From Leucoraja ocellata (lineage: Eukaryota), in contig JAWMAR010000079.1 in NCBI GenBank assembly GCA_036785375.1, positions 3,224,001 through 3,288,000 of the forward strand: a DNA stretch of 64,000 nt, in the 5' to 3' direction. Both the position numbers and the translations under genes were made by a program. Shown here piece by piece: positions 11,278-24,682 of the stretch (positions within the stretch are counted from its first letter, which is position 1; each line of letters opens with the position of its first letter). The notes under the pieces were generated by a model. The model saw only the letters and a list, made by a program, of their open reading frames with translations, ran no database searches and was not told where the DNA came from.

Positions 11278-14200
11278 AAGAACCTATTAATCTCTGCTTT
11301 AAAAATACCCAATGGTTTGGCCTTCACAGCCATCTGTGGTAACAAATTAAAAAGGATCACCACTCTCTGGCTAAAGAAATTCCTCCTCATCGCCATTATG
11401 AAGGTTCGCCCTTTTATTCCAAGGCTGTGCTGTCTGGTCCTAGGCTCTCCCTTTATTGGAAATGTCCTCTCCATATCAATTCTATCTATGCCTTTCATTA
11501 TTTGGTAGGTTTTAACGAGACTCCCTCCTCTATACTCCAGAAAGTACAGGCTCAGAGCTCCTCGTATGTTAACCCAATCATCCCCAGGATCATTCTGGTA
11601 AACATCCTATGGACCCTCTCCAATGCCAGCACATTCTTCTTCAGATATGGGACCCAAAACTGCTCTCAAGATTCCAAATGTAGCCTGATCAGCACCTTAT
11701 AAAACCTTTGCTTTTATATTCTATAATCCTCTCTAAATGAATGGTAACATTGCATTTGAATTCCTTATTGCCAACTCAGCCTGCAAATTAACCTTTTGGG
11801 AATCTTGCACCAGCATTCGCAAATCCCATTATATCTTCAATTTCAGAATCCTCTTCCCATTTATAAAATAGTCTCTGCCTTTTATTCTCTATCAAAGTGC
11901 AAATCCTTACAAAGAGTGCAGTTCTTTTGATCATAGCTGCACAATGTGGGTAGGTAGAGAAGAGTCTGTATAATCCTATTCGTACTGGATGATGCTGTTG
12001 ATATATAGCTTTTGTGGGTGTAGAAATAATCTACTATGCTACACATTGTCGTGTTGCTTTTGTATCTATTTAAGCATTAGGGCTCTGTTTCCAGCACTTT
12101 GTTTTAATCACAAGGAAGATTCTGCCAATGCTGGAGCAACTCAGTGGGTCCGGCAGCATCTCTGGAGATCGTGGACAGACAACACTTTGGGTCGGGACCT
12201 TTAGACTGATCTTATGATGCTGCAGATTACAAGCTTTAAAAATAATTAAAAGTGTATTGATTTTTTAAAAATCTAATAGTATGGAAAAGTCTGTTAGTTC
12301 AACAGCACGAATGACCTGAGGTTGCTGAATTGTCAAAGTGTAACTATACTTCAAAGTTGCACAAAAAAGTCACATCTGCCAGATTTTTCCATAAGCCATT
12401 AGGGGAGCAATATTTGCTTTTATCTGAAGATACCAGATAGTGCTCATAAAAATAGAAACCTGGCCCCTGTTATTTTAAAGGGAGCACATGAAACAAAAGA
12501 GCCAGATGCCGATCCATCTGGCTTTCCAGACAATTGGATATTGAATGATTGGAGTTTTACTATCTTGCAGTACAGTTTTGAACATTTATCTTTTGGGGAA
12601 AGTCAAAACTTTCTGTTTCTGAACCCTATCCAGCATTGGCAAAAAGAAAATGCTTATGTACAAGGACTTAGGGGAAGGGCGGCACCCTGTCAAGTTGTCT
12701 TGGATCCTAGACAAGGAATGAGTGTCCATAAGGCACAACAGATTGACTGGAGAACCTTTGTCCAACCTGGTGTTGGAGCTTCGCAAAAAGAGTGGACTGC
12801 TGAGAGCATATGATATGGAAGAATTTAGAAAAATAGTAACCTTTTTCTAATTATATTTACATAGTGGAAGTTAGAACATTGCATGCATTAATAACTTGTA
12901 TATTAGTATGCTTTCAATCTTGGATTCCAGTTTCTAGACGAGAAGGGTAAAATGAGCCTAGCTGCTCAATTTTGTGCTCAACTGCAGTCAAATGATTCCA
13001 GCTGGGCATGAAACCTGCAGTCTTCCAAGGTTTATGGAAATTTGCAGTGCAGTTTCCTGAAAAATATCTTTAAAATTGCAACATTGTCTGACTATGTTTG
13101 GATCAATTAAATAGGATCTAAACAATCTTGTGCATCCTAACTAACCATACTGAAGAATCTTTAAGAGTATAGTGTACAAGGCAGGAAGTTGCAAAAGAAT
13201 GTTCAGTCATAAACATTTACAAATTTGGCTCAGAAAACAAAATAGAATGATTGATTTTTTTTTAAAGGAACCAAGAGGCATAATTTTTTAATTTGTTACT
13301 TTTAAAGGTTCAATAAAATTGGAAGGAATTGGGCATTAGAGGGCTTCTTACACTAGAATGTATAAACTTAAATGGCCTGGCAAATCTATTTCCAAACTTT
13401 CACCTACCCATTTGTGTGGTATGTTGGGTGGTATTTACATGTTATGGAGGAGCAGGGAATTTGTGGATGCATTTTGATGCCATTATCCAAACTGCACATA
13501 AATAATGGTAAGGACTTCATTGCTACTACGAAATCAGTCCAATATTTAATTTGTTTAGAGTAATTGCATTGTTCCAGAACTTGGAAAAGTTATTTTATTT
13601 TTGTTTGTAATTTGACAAGAAATGTGAGATTATGTGGGAGGGAAATTCACATGCCTTTCTTTCACATAATATTTTACTATGAAATGCTGGGTACACCTAA
13701 ATTTAGACAAAAAGCGTGCATATCAAAAGTAGAGCATTTTGAAATTATTATTGAGTTCATGGATAATTGTGCTGTGGTGGACTGCTTTCCAATTTTTGAC
13801 CCACCGAGCATTTAGTTTTACAATTGTTGTTCCTGATTACCCTATAATTCTCCAGCCATGAGCTCCTTACCAGTTTCCATTTTCTTTTATGATTCCAGTT
13901 ATCCGCTGGTTTGCCTGAAGTTTCCAGTTACGGGTGGAATAAAATTGCTTTGTGTTGTCCACCTTGTAATTCCTTGGAAATCCAAAATAATTACTTCCAA
14001 GCTCTCAATTGTAACACAGTAGGAGGATGATTAGCTTATAGATTCCATACTAATTCTAAGACCAGTGCACACTGCTTTAACCATCCCCACCTCACACCCC
14101 GTGGCCTTTCAATTTTTCCCTTTCTGGTTCTTCTATAGCTCTCTTTATCAAAGTGATTTAATAGTGACCTGACAGTGCATTCCAAATGCTAACAACTCAG

Positions 14201-17200
14201 TTTTAAAATAAAATATACTTGTCTCATCTTCGGTTATTTCACCATTCGCCTTCGTTCTAGATCAAGGTCCCCAATCTTGATCTGTTTATAAGTGGAAACA
14301 GTTACTGTATCAGATGCCTTTGCAACTTCCTTGTATGGGGAGAACAAACCTATCCTGTTAACCAAAGGCCTTCTGTTCTCTTCATAGTTTACCATGCCTC
14401 CAAATTTTGTCTGCAAATATGAAAATTATATCCTGTGCAACTAAATACAAATTATTTATACAGGTGGCTCCTGCAATCCATCTGGAAATTTGTCCCTACA
14501 GAACTCACATATCAGTACCCCAAAATTTGAGATGCGGAATAACATTCTCATGGAATTTATGTAGGAAGAAGTAAACGGATCAGTACAATTTGGTTTTTCA
14601 ACTTTTTCAACACGAGGAAGTAATGTGATCACTTTACAGAAAAGTTGCAATGTGTCCTGATTTATAGGAATGCCACCCCCCTGTAAAATAGGGATTGTCT
14701 GTATATATTCCAACAATTGGAGGCCTCATGTTTAAATTATTAGCACAAAAATCCTGTTGGGTTACTCCACTGTCCTCAGTTCAACAATCTTTCACTCCAT
14801 CACACCTCTCTTTAGATTCCCTTTTTGTTTACTGCCAGTCTTTTTTTCATACTTGGTGTCTCGTCTTGTCAGTCATCTTGTTTTAATTCCTATCAGAACT
14901 TCCTGCAATCAGCTTCGTTCTCACTAAGGTTAGTAACCCGATGCATTTCATATGCCTTTTCTTCCTGCCCTTTCCTATTGTAAATTGCTCTCTTGTTTTC
15001 ATCGTCCATTGAACTCTGGCTTTAATTTCCATATCCTACTCCTTTATGGGTATGTACCAAAACTGTAGCTGAAGTATTTCCAGCTTCAAAACCTTCCATT
15101 GTTCAGTTATGTCTGACAATTTGACTACCCATGACAGATCATTTCACATCCCATTGTAATGGACCCTTTTTAGATGAACTGTTTTTACTTTGGAATTGTC
15201 TGTCAGAATCCATTATCATTTTACTTTGGACAATAATGGATGCTTCCAATGTGAAGGGAATTGTGTCAATTTGCACACTGTGTGTTGCCTTTCCCTCCAA
15301 ATCTGTTCTTTTGATCTTTCCCTCATGGGTTGCACAGTGAGTGTTCCTCTGGGACCCAACAGAGGTATTGTTGAAGCCTTGCAATATTGGCACAACATTA
15401 GATTTCTTCACCGGGTGCTTATTTTCTTTGGCAATAGACCAGATGAATGGACAATGCAGCTAACATATTAACATCAGTGTGAAATTAATGCAATTTTTTT
15501 GTATTTTCTGTACTTTGCCTGTCAGCATTTGAAAAAATAAAATTGGTCAGTTATTGGGCCTTTTTAAATCCCAGCAAGTTCACTATCAGTTTTAACCTAA
15601 GCATATCAAAATACTAAAATGGGATAAGGTTGACAAGTGATGTTAGTTGTTTGAGAGATTCCACATGATAAATTGCTCAATCGGTTGAGAAATTGTGGTT
15701 GGACTCACTTAGCAACCAACCTAAGTATTGCCAGTTTTTCTGTTTTCATTTTAATGAAAAACTCTGCATCTTTTAAACATTGTGTTTGATAATTTCAAAA
15801 GCAGTCTTCCTATTTTCTCTCCCTGCAGCAGCTGCTTATAATTGTTCTGCCATTCCTAATTACATCCCCCAAATCCACCTTTTTTATCATGTCCCATCAT
15901 TACCACCCCCTCCTCCCTGCTGTTTAGCTTTCTGCATCATCCCTTTTATCATTTAATCTTCTCTGTTTTCGATCACTGAACCCTGCTGTACCATGCTGGG
16001 TCTTCTAACTTTTCCAGTTCCCGCCCAAAATGTTAATTCCCTCTTCTGCCATGTGCCCACTTAGAGTAATAGTTCTAATATTCTGAACAGATTAACTTTC
16101 GATTCCTAGATTTGTTCAATTGGGCTATCACTTTTTGTCTTTTCCAAGTATTTCAGAATGTTGAAAACCTTTCCAAAGCATAACTATCGGTGGCCTCCTG
16201 CTGTTCGATGCAAGTGTGGGTAAATTCCTGTGTCCTGTCATCCTTTTTCATATAATTTCTCTGCAAGATCTCTATGTAGAAACAAGGAACTGCAAATGCT
16301 GGTTTACCAAGGAAAGGCACAAAATGCTGGATGTAACTCAGTGGGTCAGGCAGCTTCACTAGAGAACATGCAATAGTTGACCTTTCAGGTCGGGACCCTT
16401 CCTCAGACTAAAAAAGTTACAGGACCCAAAACGTTACCAATCCATGTTCTCCAGCGATGCTGCCTTACCAACTGAGTTACCAAAGCATTTTGTCTTTCCT
16501 AATCCAACTCTAATTCCATCCACCATGCCCGTCACTTTAGCCTGCAGGTTGTTCTCCATGATATCTATTCAACTTCTTGGAGACCACAACTCAATTTACA
16601 TCCACCACATCTACGGTCAGTGCGTTCCAGATGCTTCTCCTCCAGTTCCTCATTATTCTATTTTCCCCTTTACTTCCACCTGGCACCTGTCCTTTGACTG
16701 CTCCAAAATGAACAGCTGCAAAGTCCCGATTTGTGCATGCCTTAAACTGTTTTCTCCACCTGCTCTTTCATTTATTTGTGTATTCGTATTACATTCCTTT
16801 ATATTCAGTACTCTATTGCCTCTTATGCATATTTCAAATTTCTCTGCTTTAAACTTTGTCCATTACACCAGCCTTTTTATCCAGCTACAATCAAAATATC
16901 CTCTTGAACAATACTCTGCGCTCTGTATCTTTCCCTTTGCTCTGCCTATTGTACGGAATTTGACTTTCAAATTTCCACTTCTCTGGGAAAACAAATTTAA
17001 ATTCTTGCCAACAGCACTTGCGAATTTCTCAACAGGTTCTCAGATTTGTTTCTCTCCTTCTGTCCCTTACCCCTCATTTCTTCTGTAGCCCAGCAATGTA
17101 TTCTCTCGCGTGCATATCAACCTCCAGTTCTTTTGCCTTTGACAATCCTAGGGTTTAAATAACCTGCCAGTGCTTCTTTTGTACGTGGACAGAAACCAGA

Positions 17201-20200
17201 CGTCCTGGCAGAAATCCACAGAGCATGGGGAGAATGTGCAGACTCCTCACAAGCAACTTTGGAGATCAGGATTAAAGCTGGACCCTGGAGCTCTGAGACA
17301 GCAGATCCAAGCACTGCACCGTATCACTCCAAAGCAACTATCCTCCTTCCTACCCTCCTTTCCTGTGCTCCATATTACAAATTTTAAAGTCTTAATTTTA
17401 TGCACAGGTCTACCAGTGATATTTTATTCAAGTACATCTTACAATTTAAGTCTTGAATGCTCAACTCAACTTACTACTTGAGTGTGAAGTAATATAGCTT
17501 TGTCAGACTTCAAAGGTTTAAAAGCAACCCAAATCATTGTGAATATCTCGTAAGAATATTTAGGTATTATATTGTGTTACATTAAATAATGCGAGTTTAG
17601 CAGGAGATGTCTTCAGTAATTCTAGATTTATTTTATTTTACCGTGCATTCTCGCAAATATTTTTCCACTTTGTTTCCTTTCAAGAAAGCCATGAGATATT
17701 CGAATAAAGTTCTAAATGGATTTACTTCTAGGTTACGACTTCATTCTTCCACTGGTCACTTTGATTTCCAAATCTGTCTAGTATTGGAGTCAGGCTATCA
17801 CTAGCTCTATTACATATTCAAGAATTTGGAAACTTTTCCTATAGCATCTTCCATATGGTTAAACAAAGGCATCAATTCTTCATGCCTTTATAACTGTAAA
17901 CTTAAATTCTTGGCATTGTTTAACTGAATCCTTCCATGGCTCTAACTTCCTTCCTGTTGCATGATGCCAAAACTACACACAATGCTCCAACTGTGGCTTA
18001 TTGAGTGGGAAACTATCCAAAATAATCAAAGCCTAACGGTGACCTTTTGATGCCCTAAACATGCCATTTGTGAACAGTGATATTCTTGCACATGTGAGTG
18101 AGAGGTTGCCTGCGTGTTGTTTCACCTGTCTTCAGCTTCTGCTATGGGTTGTGACTGCAGTTTAGTTTAACTTGAAGGTATTTGAATAGATTTTGACACC
18201 CTCCCTTAAATATTTTACTTCCTTTGTGTGGAGATTCAGCCAGAATGATGCTTTCCACTCCATTGCAATCTCGCAAATGTATAACATTTCAAACAGTCAA
18301 ACCTCCAGTTTCAGGACCTCATTCTTTTTCATTCATTCTGTCTGTTTATTTGAAAGATTTTTGAGGCCCCAAGAGATAGATGGATGTTCACGATTCCATG
18401 ACACTATTTGAAGAGCAGGTTCTTGTTCTGTGTCAGAAAAACACGAGTCTTGTTCAGTGTTCATTCCACAGTGAACATCTTTCAACGATTGGTCACTTTG
18501 CTCCAGGCCGTCGCACAACCTGCTCAAACGTGGTCCATAGAATTTATTCCAGTGACAAAATAAGAGTAGCTCCTTGCTGTGGAGGCAGAATTTGGATGAC
18601 TGGCAGTAAGGATTCTGACACTACCTTCTGTAGACTTGGGGGCCAAACAATTCAATGGTTGGAATCTTACCTCACACAAAAGAAATTGGTGTGGTCGTTC
18701 AAAGCCAAACATAGCAACCCAAGAACATCACTACAGAAGTACCTCAGAAAGATCCTAGTTTTCTACTGTTTCATTAGTGACCACCTTTCCATGACGACCC
18801 ATTAAGACAGAAGTGGTGGGAAGGTTCACTGAACAATGTTTAATGTCATCTGCACCATTCGAGCAAGTGAGACAATCCATGCTTACATACAACAAGACCG
18901 TGACAACATTTGGGCATGGGCTGACAATTGGCAAATAGCATTCACTCCAAAACGTGACAAAAAATTGTACACCTTACACAAAAAGTGAATGTGTGGAATT
19001 CTCTGCCTCAGAGGGCGGTGGAGGCCGGTTCTCTGGATACTTTCAAGAGATAGCAAGATAGGGCTCTTAAAGATAGCGGAGTCAGGGGATATGGGAAGAA
19101 GGCAGGAGGGGGGGTACTGATTGGGGATGATCAGCCATGATCACATTGAATGGCGATGCTGGCTCGAAGGGCCGAATGGCCTCCTCCTGCACCTATTGTC
19201 TATTGTCTAAAAATCTAATTCACAAGTTTTGACATCGATTGACATTACCATTGCTGAGTCCACCACCATCAACATCTTAAAGGTCACCAGCAACTTAGCT
19301 GGACCAGCAACAAACACTGTGGTTATAAGAACAGTTCAGAAATTGTATATCTAGATGCGGGTGAGTTGCCTAATGACACTCAAACACTTTCACAGTTTAG
19401 GGGCACAAATCAGGAGTATGATGTAATGTACTTTGATAGTCTGGATGAGGTGTAGCTCCAGCAACATTCATATTCAACACAATCCAGGACAAATCATCCT
19501 GATTGATTGCTACCCTATCTGGCACTCTATTCATTCACTCTATCGCAGTGGCTGCAACAACAGCATTTGTAAAATGCTCTGCCCAAGGTAGTCTGACAAC
19601 TCTAGTCCCAAGGAGGACAAGGGCAGCAGGCTTGTATGAACACCATCACCTGGAGGTTACACATCATGTTGGCTTAGAAGGAAGGATACAAAATGCTGGA
19701 GTAACTCAGCCAGTCTGGCAGCATCTCTGGAGTAAAGGAATAGATGACGTTTCGGGTGCTGAGTTAATCCAACATTTTGTGTTGATCTCCAGAGTTGAAA
19801 CGTTTGTGTTGAACAGGTTGGGGTTGAAACCTGGTTTCTGGCATTGTAGGGTGGTGTGTCTACCAGCTGCACTGTGGTGCAGCCCTATTAACCTGCACAG
19901 AGCCACGATGGAAGGAAATACTCAGAGCCAAGTCCCTCCAGAAGATGTCACATATTCCTTTCCTCCAGAGATGCTGCCAGACTCGCTGTGTTACTCCAGC
20001 ATTTTGTGGCTCTCTTCGGTATAAACCAGCATCTGCAGTTCCTTCCTACACGTATTAGTTTAGAAGGATATCACTCTTTCATTCATTGTTTCATCTAAAT
20101 CCTAGATCTCCATCTCCCAATAACAATTATGAGTATCTTCATAAGAAGGATTGTGGTAACCTGAAGACAACACCACAGGGGATGGATTAATAAAATGTTC

Positions 20201-23200
20201 ACCTTCCCAGCAACAACTATATCCTGAAAAATATTTATTTCAATGTTTTCAAAAAAGGTTAAAATTCTATCTATGCTAACAATTATTCAGTTACAAAATG
20301 ATTACTTTTATAATTACAATTTTCCAGTTGAAGAAATTGATGTTGTGCATAAGGTGTTTGCCAGTATACTCCTGACAATCTGAGCAAAAATCAGTGAGAA
20401 ACTTCCTATTTCTTTCCCATGGGAGGAAGTGTTTTACTGCTCTACTGTTTTTGCAGGTCAGTGCTCATACTGGCGATTTAAGTGGGAGAATCATTCATGT
20501 TTGCAAGCAATTCCAGTTGCTTTATACCCCTCATCTTTTGCAGTGACCTGTCTATCTGAAATTGGTTCTGGGTGCCATAAAATTTTATCATCATGGGAGA
20601 GAATGGGGATCTAAACGTAACCCTGGTCTGACCTTCCCCATATTAATATTTTTTAACCAGCTTTAGTGAAACCTGGTAGATCAAGAATGGATCCGGTGCT
20701 ATTTTTGTCCCTTGTGGCTCAGAGTTTTGTCAAATGGTACACTTTCCCACCACAGTGAGCAGTTCTAAAGGAGAAGCTTTGATTAAAGTGGTGTATGGTG
20801 ACGACAAGGGGGAGACTTTGTACTTTTGCCAGGTCTATTCATTGGAGTCACTTTTGTTGTTTTAATAATGCATTTTTTGGCCACCAGGTTTGAGAAGTTC
20901 CCGGTTGCTAGTTGTACTTGTTGCTCTCTTGTGATCAACCTTGACCAGAATAATACAGTTCTAATGTTTTTTTTAGCTATGAACGTGGAAATAAATTTAT
21001 TGAGAAGAAAAAAGACCTAAGTGATAGCAGAATTTTTAGCTTGGCTGCTTGAGAATTTGAAATGTATACATTTAAAAAAAATCAAGTGTGCACTAAATAG
21101 TAATGTGATAGATAGGGGTAAGAGTAGGGCACTTGGTTTTGCAAGTCAGTGCTCCCATTCAGTATCACAGCTATACCCTTCTGCTCCAATACCCAATCCA
21201 TTTAAATATTTTTGTATTTGAAAATCCATCGTTTGGTGTTGAATTGACTGAGTGAGCAACCATATCCTTCTGGGATGAAGAATTCCAGACATTTGTCTTT
21301 GTTTGAATCAACAAATCTCTCATGAGTCTTTAATGGTCAATTGTTCGTTCTTGACTTGGCGGTGAAAATATTCAGCAATTATCCTCAAAATTTCCTTTTT
21401 AATTTTGTTTCAATGAAATTGCCTCATTCTTTAAACTCCTTTGAAATGTAATTTGAAAATAAAACATTGTAGTTGCTGGAAATTAAAGCAGGAAGAAGTG
21501 GAATTTTTCAGTTTAGGCAGCATCTGTGGAGTGAAACAGTTGATGTATAAGGTTAATGGTCATTCATCAGAAACGTCTTGTGCTTTTTGGCATTGTCTAA
21601 AACTCTAAATTATCATTTAGTTTCTTTAGTTTAGTTTAGAGATACAGCGCGAAAACTGACCCTTTGGCCTACCGAGTGTGCACTGACCAGTGATCCCCGC
21701 ACACTTACACTATCCTACACATACTGAGGACAATTTCCAATTGTACCAGGCTGATTAACCTACAAATCTGTATGTCTTTGGAGAGTGGGAGGAAACCGGA
21801 AAACCCACACAGATCACGGGGAGAATGTACGAACTGGCTCTGTAAGGCAGAAACTCTACCGCTGTGCCACCGTGCCTCACATTTGGACAATCGCACAGTA
21901 TCTGAACCACTAATGAACGTTCATTTTAATCTTGCAAAGGGAAATATGTTCTTCAATCAGTCCTTGAGCTTTCATAGTACTCCCTGAAAGTCAAGTATAT
22001 GCTCGTCAGGTGTAGGCTCTCGCCCTGGCCCTGTATAATTAAAGCAATATTACTTAAATTTTGAATCCGTAACACGAGGCAAACAATTTGCAATCCTAAT
22101 TCCTAATTTTGGTTATTTTTTGCTCCACACCTACCTAATGTCTAAGCAAGCTCCAGAAGGATTCTCTGGATCATATTGTGAGATCGAGCAAATTTAAGTA
22201 TATGGGTTAAATTAAATATGGTTTAGCTTTTGAATTCCTGTGTGAAATAAATTGGCTAAGATCTGCATTAATTGTTTCAATAAAAGTGAAATTGGGGCAG
22301 TGAATATTATGCACAATGAGTTCTTAAGATGTTTCTGAAATTCAAAATTGTAACTGTTTCTCTTTGCTGCCTGACCTAGCTAGTGTTTTCTTTTCAATTT
22401 TTTTAGATTTCCAGCACTTGCAGTTCTTTGATTTTGTTCAGTCTTAGATGACACGAGTCCTGGATCTAAATTTTTATTAGCTTCACTGGTGACATATGGT
22501 TAAATTCAAAGAATCTGATACTTGCTATTTTCAGTAACAAAATAAAATGATCTGACTTTAACTGTGCCAAGTCCATCTGAAGAGTGCTTGACATTGACTG
22601 GAAAACGTGTAACGTATCTTGTTAATCGGCACTGTCACACATACACACTCATCTGTTCTATCTTCCACCCAGCCAAGACGCAGCTTAAAATAGCAGGACA
22701 CCTAATTGAAGAACTCTCTAAGGGCTGCAAATATCCTGCAGCTATTGCAGCGATACAAAAGTAAATTTCTTGTACTTTGATATTCAACAATAAATTCCAT
22801 GTCTTCATTTGGCTTGGGTATTATTTCTGACCATCTGTGGATGATTGGAAAATTCATTGCTAATTAATGTATATAATAATATCCCCTATATAGGTCCTCC
22901 ACAGGTTATGACAATTCTGTTCCTGTGAGCTGTTCGTAAGCTGGACAGTTTACAGGTCGCAATTGCGAGTAAAAAAAAAACGATACTGCAGCCTCGCAGC
23001 AGCCAGCGAATCCAACCAATCTGTCTCCCAAATGCTTGCACGTACATCCAGGGTGTATACAAGTTAGGCCTTCCTCATCTGAGGAGGACTGGCAGTGGGG
23101 ACTGGCAGTGGAAACTGACACCTTAAAGTGAACTGACACGGAATACTGTAATTCATTTACGTGATGTAGATGTAGTTGGTAGGACCAGTAGTTATTATCT

Positions 23201-24611
23201 GTAATAATTACCTCTTCACTTGTGTTGTTGGAATAGTCCTAGTGCAGTAAGGGGGTCCAAGGTTTTGACCTAGCAATCATGAAGGAAAGGCAACATATGT
23301 AAGATAGAATAGTTTAGAGACACAGCATGAAATAGACCGGCCGTTCAGCCCACCAAGTCCATAGTGAACAAAGATCACCGATAGACTATTTCTGTTATCT
23401 TACTTTCACATCATACACGCAAGTGGCAATTTACAGAAACCAATTATCCTGCAAATCTGCACTTCATGTAGGAGGAAACTAGAGCACCAGGAGAAAATCC
23501 ATGTGATCACACAGTGATCAGGGTGGCATGGTGGCACAGCTGGTGGTAGTTGCTGCCTTACAGCGCTTGATCCCGGGTACGGGCGCTGTCTGTACAGAGT
23601 TTGTATGTTTTCCCCATGAGCTTGTGGGTTTTCTCCGTGATCTTCGGTTTCCTCCCACACTCAAAGACGTACAGGTTTGTAAGTTGATTGGCTTGTTTGT
23701 GTACTTGGTGTAAGAGTAAATTGTTCCCAGTGTGTGAAGGCTGTGTTAATGTGTTGGTCGGTGCAGACTCGATGGGCCGAAAGGCCTGTTTCCGCACTCT
23801 ATCTCCAAGCTAAACAAAACACAGGATGAACGTACAAACTCTGCATGGACAGCACAATGGTCAGGATGGCACCCGCGTCTCTAGCGCTGTGAGGCAGTAG
23901 CTCTACCACTGTGCTGTTCTAAATGGCGATAGCATGAAAACCTAAGGAGCGTAGGAGGAAAGTTCTGGATTTTTGCAAAACGCCATTCAATCTTTGAATC
24001 ATTGAATAAACTTGACTTTTGACTCGACCCCTCCCTGTCACACACTTTCCCCCCGTCACACACTCCCCACCTACCATCACACACTTCCCCCCGCCCCCCC
24101 CCTTGTGCGGCCCAGACGGACTGATGAAGGCGTGCAGCATTCTCTTTCAAGCTTATGCTGCCGTTACCATTGGCAACCCCAACGCAATATTCCACCACTC
24201 ACCAGTTTTCCCCCCAACGCAACTCGTTTCCACCACTCACCAGTTTCCCCAACGCATCCCTCTCCCTCTCGATGGCGGCGAGCAGCATTCTCCTCCAAGT
24301 TTCAGCTGCCGTTACCATTGGCAACCTCTCTTTCAACGCCCCATTGTGATGTCATTGTCGCACTCGGTAGCGTGTGTAAATGAGAGCCCATTGTGATTGG
24401 TAGACTGCAAGATGGCATTGTGACATCATCACTGAAAGCTCGCTCAGAAGCCATTTTGGGCTTTTGTTTAACTTTAAGCATCAATAACTTTTGAAATATA
24501 GCATGAAATCTGAAGGGAACTTGATTATGGTGTGGACGGGAAAAATACGAGTAAGAATGTGGAAATTTTTCAGCGCTACCGTGTAGAATTTTGACGAAGA
24601 TACAAAAAAAA

Positions 24612-24682
<71 letters not shown>

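Larger units (their letters stand above)
10310..11900 (-). mobile_element. CR1-type LINE 3' region split by the GC-rich element
   Basis: ORF 11274-11498 [33 protein letters not shown]...[18 protein letters not shown]. Confidence 0.85.

Noticed and set aside
16444-17088. 214-aa plus-strand ORF
   Set aside because: It begins inside a Penelope terminal repeat and continues through pyrimidine-rich degraded repeat sequence; no splice-compatible PIAS or other domain similarity.
24121-24150. CTGATGA as another hammerhead core
   Set aside because: Not followed by a stem II and GAAA box.
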